NCBI RefSeq assembly: GCF_001194135.2
Contig: NC_068998.1
Location: 20,842,461-20,894,546, forward strand
Length of the DNA: 52,086 bases
Source: Octopus bimaculoides
Lineage: Eukaryota
Reading direction: 5' to 3'
A program made the position numbers and the translations under genes. Positions within the stretch are counted from its first letter, which is position 1, and the number at the start of each line of letters is the position of its first letter. This document shows, piece after piece, positions 11,732 to 25,382 of this stretch. Under the pieces are notes generated by a model, which made no database searches, was not told the DNA's origin, and saw only the letters and a program-made list of their open reading frames with translations.

Positions 11732-14168
11732 NNNNNNNNNNNNNNNNNNNNNNNNNNNNNNNNNNNNNNNNNNNNNNNNNNNNNNNNNNNNNNNNNNNNN
11801 NNNNNNNNNNNNNNNNNNNNNNNNNNNNNNNNNNNNNNNNNNNNNNNNNNNNNNNNNNNNNNNNNNNNNNNNNNNNNNNNNNNNNNNNNNNNNNNNNNAA
11901 AAAAAAAAAAAAAAAAAAACCCACATAAAAGGTCTTCCACATAATCATAGCATGAGAAAAGAATCTCATATGGAAATCATCAATCATAACTGTAGAAGTA
12001 CATGATAGGAACTTTGGAGATAGAGAATTACAAATTTATCAAATCCATCCTGCATGTATATTGTATTTTTTTTTATTTATCTATTTATTTTTTATTTATT
12101 TATTAATGTTGTTCTGTTTTTCTCTTATTCTGTTATATTGTTTTTCTGTTATCTTGTTATTGAGGCATTACTTAATCGACATTAACTTTCATATTCAATC
12201 ACATTTATACAACAATCAACTCCTTGGTGTCCACTGCTTCTCATGGTTTACATAACCAGTGTAGTTTTGGTCTGGGTATCTTCAATATTACAATATTTAG
12301 TGGATTATATGAATTTGTAGTGGCTGAAAAATGCCTTGTGGTATTTTAGTAATGGCCATTATTCTTCCATGTTGAAAACTCATTTATTTAGATCAACTTT
12401 TACTTTCAGCCTTTCAGAGGTAGATAAAATAAAGCATTAGTCAAGTACTGAGATCAATTTAGTTCGTTATACCTTTCCGCAGTTTCTTGTTGAAACCAAT
12501 AAAAGGATTTCATTTTGTTTCATCACTTTACATTTTGAATTGAAATCATTGTGGATTCAACTTTATTTTCTTACCTTCCAGTATTGCTAAAATAAATACA
12601 AGCAAACTGTCAAGATATTGGTCACTCACTGACAGGTTTATGGTCAAGCTTATGGCAGTGAAGACCTCCAGCATTCTTAGCTCTTCCGGACTATATCCAC
12701 GCTCACAGCTATCAGAGTAGAGATGGCTATTTGCAAGTGTGAACCTTGTGAGTCACAGTGGCTGTTCCAGCATTTCTCCCTTGCCATTCTCCAGGGCAAC
12801 ACCTTTTCCATTTTGTCTGCTGGGACCATGATGCGATATGAATTACAGGAAATTGTCTATTCCACTTCTTTATGTAAAGTTACTCCATATAATTTACTCT
12901 GTTAAACTCCCATAAAATAAGAGAACTTCTGTGAATACCAGTCAAATACTGGGGTTGGTTTTATCAATTTCATCTATTCTCTTAAAGCTGCTGCTCTGTG
13001 CATTGACATCGTGTGTCTGTGCAATGACACCAAAGAGACATGACGATATGGTACATCAAGAAGACACAGGCAAAGTGTACAAAAGGGAGACATCAACGAA
13101 AGTGGATTGCTTACCAACCACATGGTTCTGGGTTCATTCCTACTGTGTGGCACCTCGGGCAAGTGTCTTCTACTATAGCCTCGAGTCGACCAAAGCCTTG
13201 TGAGTGGATTTGGTAGACAGAGGTATTAGAAAGACATTAGTAAAACTTAGCATTAGGATCAAGGGTACAAATAAAAAGTGCCACAGCCATCAACAACATA
13301 GCTACTGACACTTAATAATTACCATCATCTTATCATTAACTGTTCCACCATTACTTTCATCATCATCAACATCATCATCATCATCATTATTATCAATGAC
13401 TGATCTGATATCTCTCTCTTTTTAATACATATACACTTGTGGAAACATTATCTTTCACACATCCACCTCCACCACCACCAGCACCAGTAGCACCACCACC
13501 ACACCATATCCAAACAAGCACAATATTATGTGAGTATATGTTCTATATATACATGCATACAAACATTTAACCATGCACATAGATTAACATGTCCTGACTT
13601 TCGTTTTGACACACTACATAAACACTTAACCATTAGTGTTAGTCCCATGAAACATTAAGACTTACAAGTATTTCCATTTGCATTTATATACATGTGTATG
13701 TGAGTGCTTGTGTGTGTATATATATATATACATATATATATACACACACACACACATGTACATACACATACATACATACATACATACATATATACATACA
13801 TACATACATACATCAGAGTTCGCTTAGCTTAATGGTACAGAATACTCAGCCAATATCTGAGATATACAGGGTTTCATTCTCTGTATCCTCCTGGTGGCAA
13901 CTTTTTTTCCATCTTGTTGGTGTATTTACCAATTTTCTAGGCTGTTTTCACAGCCATTCCACGTTCAAAATTTACTTTATTTTCTGTAAAATAGCAACCT
14001 ATGTGATGCTTCTAAGTTTGTTTGTAATATATANNNNNNNNNNNNNNNNNNNNNNNNNNNNNNNNNNNNNNNNNNNNNNNNNNNNNNNNNNNNNNNNNNN
14101 NNNNNNNNNNNNNNNNNNNNNNNNNNNNNNNNNNNNNNNNNNNNNNNNNNNNNATATATATATATATA

Positions 14169-15171
14169 TAGGGTATTCAAAACGTCTCTCCACAGTAAGT
14201 ATTTTATTGCAAAATAAATATTTATAAGATGGTATAAGACTACAAAAGGATATATTAGACTTTACAAGACTTTAAAAAACTTTAGAAGAGGTGTTATAAG
14301 TGTTGTCCTTCATTTTCAATATATAAGTTGACTCTTCTATACTTGTTTTGAAATACATCTTGGAGAGTCTGATGCAGTATGGACCATGTGAAGGTTATGA
14401 TTGCGTCTTTTAGCTCATTAATGGTTTTTGGACGATTCTTGTACACTGATCCTTTATTTGCTCCCCAGAAAAAATGTCTGGCAGTGTTAAATCAGGTGAT
14501 CTTGGTGGCTAAAGTCCCTTTGAAATAATCCGTTCACCGAAAAACTCTTGAAGTAGTGCCATGTTGATGCACAAACTATGTGTTGTAGCTCCGTCATACT
14601 GAAAGTATGCATTATTAATTTCACTTTCAGTGAGTTGGCCTACAAATGGACAGACAATGTTTGAGCAATATCACTTGGTGTTGATGGTGTCTTCAAAAAT
14701 ATTGGTCCCACAATACGCTTTCTCGAAATTGCTACCCATACTCCAGCTTTTTTGGGATGCAGAGGTTGTTCATGCGTCATATGTGGATTCTCAATGCGCC
14801 ATAACCTTGTGGTTTACGAATTTATGTATCCCGACAGATCAAACCAAGCCTCATCCGTGTAAAAACACCCATACAGCACTTCTATGCCTTTTTCGGCAAC
14901 AAAGTTTTGGAACTAGTGACAATAATGAAGCCTTTTAGCACGATCTGTAGTCTTCAATTCTTGAATGGCCAGTACTTTGTATGGAAAGAAATTTAATTTC
15001 TTTTTTTACTGCCATGTGTGCACTTCCTCGGCTGATTTCTGTGTCCTGCCTGTGACAATTTGTGTGAGGACTTTGACGGGTTTGCCAACAGTTTATCAGA
15101 AATATTGGTGAGTGTTTTGTCTGAAAGAACAGTAGACCTACTGCTTCTTGCTGTGGAGAGACTCTTTGAAC

Positions 15172-15177
<6 letters not shown>
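14169..15177 (-). mobile_element. Internally deleted Tc1/mariner element (DD37D/maT-like) inserted in (TA)n
   Basis: ~30-bp TIRs TAGGGT(A/G)TTCAAA..GTCTCTCCACAG at both ends with TA flanks. The minus strand encodes decayed FYTDEAWFDL, FQYDGATTH and PPRSPDL motifs. Confidence 0.88.
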
Positions 15178-15216
<39 letters not shown>

Positions 15217-15467
15217 AATTTGATCTTTTTTTGAATTAGAATTTTACTTATTTCCTTATTAGTCTTCCATTTTATGTTTTTGGGACAACAACATTTCTAA
15301 ATCCATTAGTCTGATGTTGGAGGACTTTTCACAAACACTTTTTTTTCTAAAATAAGTTATGGTAAGTGGCATGCCATTCATGAATTCAGCAGTAAATGGC
15401 AAAGGATCCTGGGAATAATTTTATATCTGATAAAACCATCAATGCCAGATTAAAAATTATAAAATAT

Positions 15468-15498
<31 letters not shown>

Positions 15499-16634
15499 AT
15501 ATACCCATGTATGTCTAAAAGGGTGGGTAGTTATGAAAATATATGTATGAATCCTGTTAAGATAAATCTCTCTATCTGTTGTGTAACTAAGTTCCCAACT
15601 TCATATTCTGTTTTATTCTTACTCTGTCTTTCACTCATTTAACCATGTAATATTGTTATTGCCCCATGTTATCCGGCCCCGTCCTGTTTAACCCAGTCTC
15701 ATATTAACCCTGCTCAACTCTAGTGATATAATGTAAAAAAAAAAAATTAAATAAATAAAAAAGATGAAAAGAAAAGAAAAAAAATGAAAACTGCTGTTAC
15801 TACTGCTGCTGCTGTCAGGTATTCTTCAACAAGCATCAAGTCTTGCTACAGTGGACCCTGTTAATAACAGATCTTCCGTTAGAGGGACCACTGTTAAGGG
15901 CACATCTCTATATGCTTGCAAGCCTTATCAACATGAAGTCCTGTAATACCTAAGACCCTATCAAGTGCAGATCTTCCATTAAAGGGATTACTATTTATTA
16001 AGAGCCCATCTTTTTCAAATGCAGGCCCAATCAACCCTCAGATCCAGTAATATCAGAGAACATTATTGATCACAGGTCTTCCATTTGAGGGATGACTATT
16101 TATTAAGGGCCTAGTACTATCTACTTAAGATCTAGTGATATCTGAGTCCCTATCAAAAACAGATCTAGATCTACTGGGTCATCAATGTTTTGTGATTTTG
16201 TACCCTGGTCTTGTTTCAGCACGGATTTGATCCAATGTTAATGAGTTAATTGGTGATGTTCCCATTTTGCTTTTAGGGGTCAATATATTTTTTTCACACT
16301 GATTTATGGGTACAAGAGCCATTACCATTTTAGAACTCATGTTATGAGATCCCATATCAGATATAAAGATTATATATTTTTTTTTAAAATCTGGACCCTA
16401 ATTTAATGCTGACTTTGCTATCAGTTCAATATAGATATGTGGGAGAAGGGTCTAACCAAGTACTCTCTAGAAACACTAAATGGCTTGCCCATAACCTTGT
16501 CTGAAGACAAAGGAATAAAGAGAAAGGAAAGTGAAGTAGTTGAAATGATTGTTAAAGAAAAAAAGACCAAATTTGGCATATTTTGATTGAGTGACAAGTC
16601 TCACTTGAAGGGAGAAGAATTTTAAGTGTATATA

Positions 16635-16675
<41 letters not shown>

Positions 16676-16679
16676 GAGG

Positions 16680-16710
<31 letters not shown>

Positions 16711-17690
16711 GCAAAGTGAGAGAAAGAATGAATAAGAAAAGCAAAGTGAGTGAAAGAATGAGAGAGAGTGAGAGGCAAAGAAAGATATGTTGAAATATTT
16801 AAAACACTTTTGCAATTAATTTATCATTATTATTATTATTATTATCAAATTCAGTAATGACAGAAGATTAAAAAATGTGGAAGAGTATCCTCTTTGCTAT
16901 TTAATTACAACCCCCTTTATACTCGCAGTTTAAATTCTAACAAGATCAACTTGGCCTATTATACTTTCCAAGATCAGTAAATTAAAACCAGGCATATGCT
17001 GAGAGCAATAAAGGAGCAAACTGGCAGAGTCATCATTGGAACATTAGCTATAAACAACTTGTGGTACTTGTTCTTGCTAAGGTTAATTCTATCTTTCAGA
17101 ATTTAGGAGTTGATATTCCACATTGTTTGGATTGCCAGAATCAGGCAGAGTGATTTGTTAACAACAAAAGAACATGTCTGCTATATGCATGAATGCAAAA
17201 TGCAGACTCTGAATTAGGAATGGGAGAGATATTAGGACAAATATATATACATACTTACATATATATATATATANNNNNNNNNNNNNNNNNNNNNNNNNNN
17301 NNNNNNNNNNNNNNNNNNNNNNNNNNNNNNNNNNNNNNNNNNNNNNNNNNNNNNNNNNNNNNNNNNNNNNNNNNNNNNNNNNNNNNNNNNNNNNNNNNNN
17401 NNNNNNNNNNNNNNNNNNNNNNNNNNNNNNNNNNNNNNNNNNNNNNNNNNNNNNNNNNNNNNNNNNNNNNNNNNNNNNNNNNNNNNNNNNNNNNNNNNNN
17501 NNNNNNNNNNNNNNNNNNNNNNNNNNNNNNNNNNNNNNNNNNNNNNNNNNNNNNNNNNNNNNNNNNNNNNNNNNNNNNNNNNNNNNNNNNNNNNNNNNNN
17601 NNNNNNNNNNNNNNNNNNNNNNNNNNNNNNNNNNNNNCAGAAACTATTATTGTTATTATTATTATTATTACTATTAGTATTATTATTATT

Positions 17691-18133
17691 AAGGCAGTGA
17701 GCTGGCAGAATTGTTAGCATGCTGGGTTAAATACTTAGCGGTATTTTGTCTGCCACTACGTTCTGAGTTCAAATTCTGTTGAGGTTGACTTTGCCTTTCA
17801 TCCTTTCGGGGTTGATGAATTAAGTACCATTTGTGTTTTGGGGTCGATCTAATTGACTGGCCCCACTCCCCCAAAATTTCAGGCTTTATGCCTATAGTAG
17901 AAAAGATTATTATTATTATTATGAGGTGGTGAGCTGGTAGAATCATTATTGCACCGGGCAAAATGCTTAGCAGCATTTTGTCTGTCTCTACGCTCTGAGC
18001 TTAAGATCTGCCAAGGTTGACTTTGCCTTACATCTTTGTGGAGTTGATAAAATAAGTACCAGTTGATTACTGGGGCTGATGTAATTGACTTACTCCTCCT
18101 CCAAAATCGCTGGCCTTGTTCCAAAATTTGAAA
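17691..18133 (+). mobile_element. Two tandem SINE family A copies separated by (TAT)n
   Basis: Homologous to 31103-31334; heads at 17691 and 17923. Confidence 0.85.
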
Positions 18134-18569
18134 TCATCATCATTATTATTATTATTATTAATATTATCATTATTTCTAACATTGATTACTAATCAAATTA
18201 TCTATTAAAATTTTATACTGATATTCTATATAAGATTGAGGGTAAAATTACACTGCTGAGATAAATTAAATGAGAGAGAGTGAGAGAGGGAAAGAGAGAA
18301 TTTGAAAAAGAGAATGAGAGAGAGAGGATGTGAGAGAGAGAGAGAGAGAGAGAGTGAGTAGCTACCCATATAAAATATACCCTTAAACAGGAGCTTACTC
18401 CGATATCCACCCAGTATTTCAATATATCATATTTTTTCAACCCAATCTTACCATTTTCACCTTTAAAATATTTTGAAAGGTGAGGTATATTATCAAAATA
18501 TTTTTTGTTAACTTTTATTATGTTTGTGTGTAGTGAGCAACTGTATTTTACTCTTAGGATGGACATAGC

Positions 18570-19940
<1,371 letters not shown>

Positions 19941-20864
19941 ATAATTGGAGCGCCAGTTATGAACCTACTGAGTGATGTTTTAACTCTTTTTTGATACAAA
20001 CCCCTCCTGAGACCATCCCTGGTTCTATGATATAAGCTGTTTTGTTTTATAATGATCTAAATCAAAGCGTTTCATAAAAATTTTCTTGTTAATTTTCAAC
20101 AAAATTCCAAAGAGCAGATTTACTTTACAGTATTTTTCCATATTGAAATACAGCAATGAAAGAGTTAATGTCAACCGATTCTCTTCCATTTTTTATATAT
20201 GTCTAAAGAGAACAAATGGAGCTCAAACCAAACTTTTATTAAGCCCATTACATATTAATGTTCTCAACTTTAGCAAACCTTGAGAAAAGCTTCAATGTCA
20301 CAGAACCTTGTTTTATATTTCCCTGTAAATTTAAAGAAGTGTCTGTATATATAAAATTGTTAAATTTGGTAAGAAACAAAAACAACAACAACAACAATAA
20401 TAATATTCTGGTTAAAGTATAAATTCTAATACAATGTCTCATATTATATATCCCCTAATTTAAAATACTGAAATTCATTAATGGTCCCTTATTGGGTTTT
20501 TTTCCCCCATCACCAATTTCCAAAATCTTCATTAAAATTTTTTATATTCCTTCTTAATAGAATTTAAACCATTTTTTTTCTTTTGTTTGCTTAATTTTGC
20601 AAACATCAATAAAACATAATGAAAACAGCTAAACTGCAAAAAAAAGTAAAATTAGTAATTCTAATAATAATAATAATTAGATAATAATAATAATAAAATT
20701 ACTGACTCTATGTGCTTTTGCTTGTTATTTTTTCTTCTTTTGCTTGCTTTTATTTGCCTGTTTTTATTTTGTCATAACCATTTCCTCTGGAAATTCCTGC
20801 TTGTTTAATGTTGTGTTTGAGAAAAGAAAAGTTACAGTTTAGCATAAGTGAGAAAGAGACTTAA

Positions 20865-21084
20865 CCCTTTTGTTACTGTATTTATTTTGAGATGCTCTGT
20901 GTTTCTTTCAATTACTTTAAATACAACAAAGAATTTAGTAAAATAACTTAGTTATCATTCAGCTAGAGTTAGGAACATAAATTGTGACTAAGGTTTGATA
21001 GAAGATTTTAATTCAAAACTTATGAAACCAAGACATTTGTACTCAGAGCCAGAGCAAGTTTCAGCCGGGTTGGTAATGAAAGGG
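20865..21084 (+). mobile_element. TTAA-flanked piggyBac-like MITE, family P1 (other copies ~5135-5369 and ~19980-20168)
   Basis: TTAA|CCCTTT..AAAGGG|TTAA ends; shared interior among the three copies. Confidence 0.75.
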
Positions 21085-22236
21085 TTAAAGGATGACAAAT
21101 AGTAATATAATATAATGGATAAATCAGANNNNNNNNNNNNNNNNNNNNNNNNNNNNNNNNNNNNNNNNNNNNNNNNNNNNNNNNNNNNNNNNNNNNNNNN
21201 NNNNNNNNNNNNNNNNNNNNNNNNNNNNNNNNNNNNNNNNNNNNNNNNNNNNNNNNNNNNNNNNNNNNNNNNNNNNNNNNNNNNNNNNNNNNNNNNNNNN
21301 NNNNNNNNNNNNNNNNNNNNNNNNNNNNNNNNNNNNNNNNNNNNNNNNNNNNNNNNNNNNNNNNNNNNNNNNNNNNNNNNNNNNNNNNNNNNNNNNNNNN
21401 NNNNNNNNNNNNNNNNNNNNNNNNNNNNNNNNNNNNNNNNNNNNNNNNNNNNNNNNNNNNNNNNNNNNNNNNNNNNNNNNNNNNNNNNNNNNNNNNNNNN
21501 NNNTACTCTTCCATCACAATTTTCTCTCACTCTTTCTTCCTGTTTCTGTTGTGCCTGTAATTCAAATGGTCAGCCTTGTCACACTCTGTGTCAGGCTGAA
21601 TATCCCCGAGAACTACGTTAAGGGTACACGTGTCTGTGGAGTGCTCAGCCACTTGCATGTTAATTTCACGAGCAGGCTGTTCCGTTGATTGGATCAACTG
21701 GAACCCTCGACGTCGTAAGCGACGGAGTGCCAACAACAACAACACCCAGTATGACCTATTTTTTTTTAAACAGTAAATTATGATTTGAATAAGATTTTAT
21801 TGCTATTTCTAGCTATTCTAGTGACAGTATAGAACCTTTTTTTCCCCATCATCCTACAGATGGCTAATTTGAAGAGCTGTGTTTGGTATAGAAGAATGAG
21901 TGGGTAAGAGAAATGATGCAGCATGAATTTAGATAAAGTATTGAGTGATCTGAGTAAAGAAACTCACTGAACAGCTTCTAAACAATTAATAGGTACACAA
22001 TTTTTTTCTTTACTCAAAATCACTCAAAGCAAGGTCCTATACCACTTCTAGGCAAAGAGCTAAAACCAAAAAGTAAAGTTTAATTAATGCCACAACAACT
22101 CTCTCTATATACATACCTTCATATTTTAAAAAGAAAATGAAAGATGGCAATAAAATAATGAGGGTTAAATGAAATATCATGAGATGGTTATAAAAGAATT
22201 GAATGAAACCAAGTATGATAAATGAGTTAACATTAA

Positions 22237-22462
22237 CCCTTTAGCATTTAAATTGGCATATTCAGCACAAAATATTCTACCTATTTTATGTTAAAACTGG
22301 CCAGATCTGACCTATTACACCTATCCTACATCGTTCTCAAAATAAACAATCACACTATTGAAATCTCACATCTACAAGATAATGCTTAATTAATTCAAAT
22401 CACTGTGAATAAATTAACATAAGCATAATAAACAAGCATTCAGTAGTCTGAATGCTAAAGGG
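22237..22462 (+). mobile_element. TTAA-flanked piggyBac-like MITE, family P2 (other copies 23821-24438 with a nested SINE, and partial ~28250-28370)
   Basis: TTAA|CCCTTTAGCATT..AATGCTAAAGGG|TTAA ends; shared interior. Confidence 0.8.
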
Positions 22463-23997
22463 TTAAAGGAGCTAAAAAATTAAAACAAATGAAATGTAAT
22501 AAAAAATACAACAAATATATTAAAATGAAGGAAACTAGCAACATTAAGCAAGGTGTTTGTTAACCTTGAATTTAACAAGATCAAACTCATTCTGTTACTG
22601 GTGAGAATTTATTCCATAATTCAACTCTTCTGGACAAAAATGCTTGTGTATGAATCTTGCCATGTGCTCATGAGGTATTCAGGAGTGCATGTGCAATTCA
22701 CCAAATTTGGTAAACTGAGTTATGATGAGAAATTCCTAGATTAGTAAGACCAGGGTATCAAGCTCACTTGAATAGCTTCCTAACTTGTAGAAAGGGGCCA
22801 GACTTGCAAACATTCCATCAAAGATAGAATGGTCGGAGTGAAGAAAAGAGCTCATCGCCAACCAGACAGCACATTTGATTTTTGACTTTACCAAGAGTGA
22901 ACAGTCGATGTTTTGAAGGAATTAACCCAAACAGATCTGGCTCTTGTAAAGAAACAATAGAGCTTCAAGTGTTAGGAACTTTTTTTTTTGAATGGTATAA
23001 TGCTTTATGTATAAGAACAGTAATGCAGAATGGGAACAATCCAGCCAAACCAGCTTAGTGTTGACACCAAGGCCAAGATACTTCACAGTTTGTAGCATTC
23101 CTCTATTGTTGTACTGTTACCATAGTCAAGATACTTACTTGTAAAATGATATGCTCCATCAAGCCAGAAACAGGTATCACAGAGCACTACTGTTCATAAC
23201 TGCAACCAACACCAACTGAAGCAGTAACCACTGCTGCAGCAGCACCAACCACAGCAGCAGCAGCAGCAGCAGTAGCAGCAGCATTACTGTATAAAAGTCT
23301 TAACCTTCAGTTATGAGTTCATATCTTGTCCTGTGTAAAACCCAGCTAAAGAGACTTCCTCATTCATTGACTTCTCTTTGCTGGTCAACACAACGGTATT
23401 TTTCTCTTTCTGTCTATTAAAAGTGAATAAGTAGAATAATACTCCACAATACTGAAGTAGTCTTTTGATTATTCAAGTCTTACAGCTTAGTTTACACTTT
23501 TGGTATTTGACATTTCCCATCACCAGTGACATTATAAAGCATGAAGCAAGCAAGAAAGCAGACATGATGCAGGTTATTTCATTTTGTTAAGAGTTTTCCC
23601 AAAGGGAAAGGCAGAACTCTGATCTTTGCAGACCTTCTAAAGCTGGAGGCAATGACAAAATTGAAGTTCGTTTTGTATACTGGTAAATCCATATCTGATG
23701 AAAAACAGGAACAGAATGCTTTGTAGTATTTATTCCATCTCTTTGTATCCTGATCGTAGTCTGACCTACCAACCAGAGTGGCAGTACTTGGAATCCCATC
23801 AAATGCATATCCATACTTAATCCTTTAGCATTTAAACCAGCCATATCTGGCCAAAATATTCTGCCTCTTTTATGTTCGAACTGGCTAGATCCAACATCTT
23901 CCACATGCCCTACAATGTCATAGTAAAAATAAACGATTACATTATTGAAATCTTGAAGCCACAAGATAATGGTTGATTAATTGAAGACAATATGAAT

Positions 23998-24397
23998 AGG
24001 TGCAGGAGTGGCTGTGTGGTAAGTAGCTTGCTTACCAACCACATGGTTCCGGGTTCACTGTGTGACACCTTGGGCAAGTGTCTTCTACTATAGCCTCGGG
24101 CCGACCAAAGCCCTGTGAGTGGATTTGGTAAATGGAAACTGAAAGAAGCCCATCGTATATATGTATATATGTATATATATGTATGTGTGTGTATATGTTT
24201 GTCCCCCCAACATCGCTTGACAACCGATGGTGGTGTGTTTACGTCCCTGTAACTTAGCGGTTCGGCAAAAGAGACCGATAGAATAAGTACTAGGCTTCCA
24301 AAGAATAAGTCCTGGGGTCGATTTGCTCGACTGAAGGCGGTGCTCCAGCATGGCTGCGGTCAAATGGCTGAAACAAGTAAAAGAGTAAAAGAGTAAA
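23998..24397 (+). mobile_element. Full-length SINE family B (tRNA head, ccttgggcaag core, internal microsatellite, gtgctccagcatgg tail) nested in a P2 MITE
   Basis: Multiple homologous copies: ~24644-25025 (+), 34660-34999 (-), 35248-35688 (-), 41128-41512 (-), 32190-32860 (-, interrupted); partials at 8640-8810, 13105-13225, 36385-36600, 40010-40140, 45050-45182 and 51650-51880. Confidence 0.9.
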
Positions 24398-25140
24398 ATA
24401 AGCATTACACTTGACAGATTAATCTGAAGGCTAAAGGGTTAATCATGGTCACATAAAAGTGAGCCACGATATTCAACCTATTGAGAATAGCAATGAGTAC
24501 ACAATGACTATAGTTAACAAAACAAACCTTTGGTCATTTAGACTACTAGCATACAATGTCAGTACACAGCCATTCTTCATATACACTTATTTGGTATATT
24601 GTATAATGTGGTCAGTACACACATATCCAGGATGTGTAATTAACATGGCTGTAGGTTAAGAAATTTGCTTCCTAACAACATGGTTCTGGGTTCAGTTTCA
24701 CTGTGTGATACCTTCAGCAAGTGTCTTCTGCTATAGCCACGGGCTGACCAAAGCTTTGTGAGTGGATTTTGGTGGATGGTAACTGAAATATATTTATCTA
24801 TGTGTGTGTGTCTTTGTATCTGTGTTTGTTCCCCACTGCCACTTGACAACCAGTGTTGGTGTGTTTACATCCCCATAACTTAGCAGTCCAGCAAAAGAGA
24901 CCAATAAAATAAGTACCACGCTTAAAATAAGTACTGGGATTGATTCATTGAATTAAAATTCTTCAGTGTGGTGCCCCAGCATGGCCACAGTCTAATGACT
25001 TAAACAAGTAAAAGATAAAAGATAGAAGATATTGGATGAACACAGCTGGAATACTTTTGAGCACAAGTTTTCTTGATCAGGGGTTGGTCTGGTACAAAAT
25101 AAGAACCACTACATGATGCGTTGACCTAAAAGTTGGAATA

Positions 25141-25382
25141 CGAGGGGGTGCTGAAAAGTTCTGAGCTTCAAGGGTACCGCAAAAGGTTTGGCTGAAGGCC
25201 CAACCTTCTGAGTTCTTTCACAGGGCTACTGAAGGACCGCTGAATAAGTGTGTGAATCTGAGAGGAATATGTTGGTCACAGTTAAATGAGAGAAACAAGT
25301 AAAAGAATAAAAGAATAAAAGAATAACTGATCCTTCTGTATTTTCGTTTACCCAATGCCAGAAACTTTTCAGCACCCCCTTG
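25141..25382. mobile_element. Mariner-type MITE containing a short SINE tail
   Basis: TA-flanked TIRs cgagggggtgctgaaaagtt / aacttttcagcacccccttg. Interior ~25274-25325 matches the tail of SINE family B. Confidence 0.8.

Noticed and set aside
12974-13162. Minus-strand ORF containing PYRHV, resembling the ACP2 lysosomal signal GYRHV
   Set aside because: It lies ~32 kb from the last supported exon, starts inside a SINE, has no suitable acceptor upstream of the motif, and a 4-aa match is expected by chance.
14630-14938. 102-aa plus-strand ORF, and the ORFs at 37042-37302, 37429-37860 and 44253-44630
   Set aside because: These are antisense frames of transposase or RT remnants.
23134-23330. Minus-strand GTAAGT donor with a (CTG)n leucine/alanine-rich stretch
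   Set aside because: All three frames from the plausible acceptors hit stops before the donor; it is best explained as a (CAG)n microsatellite.
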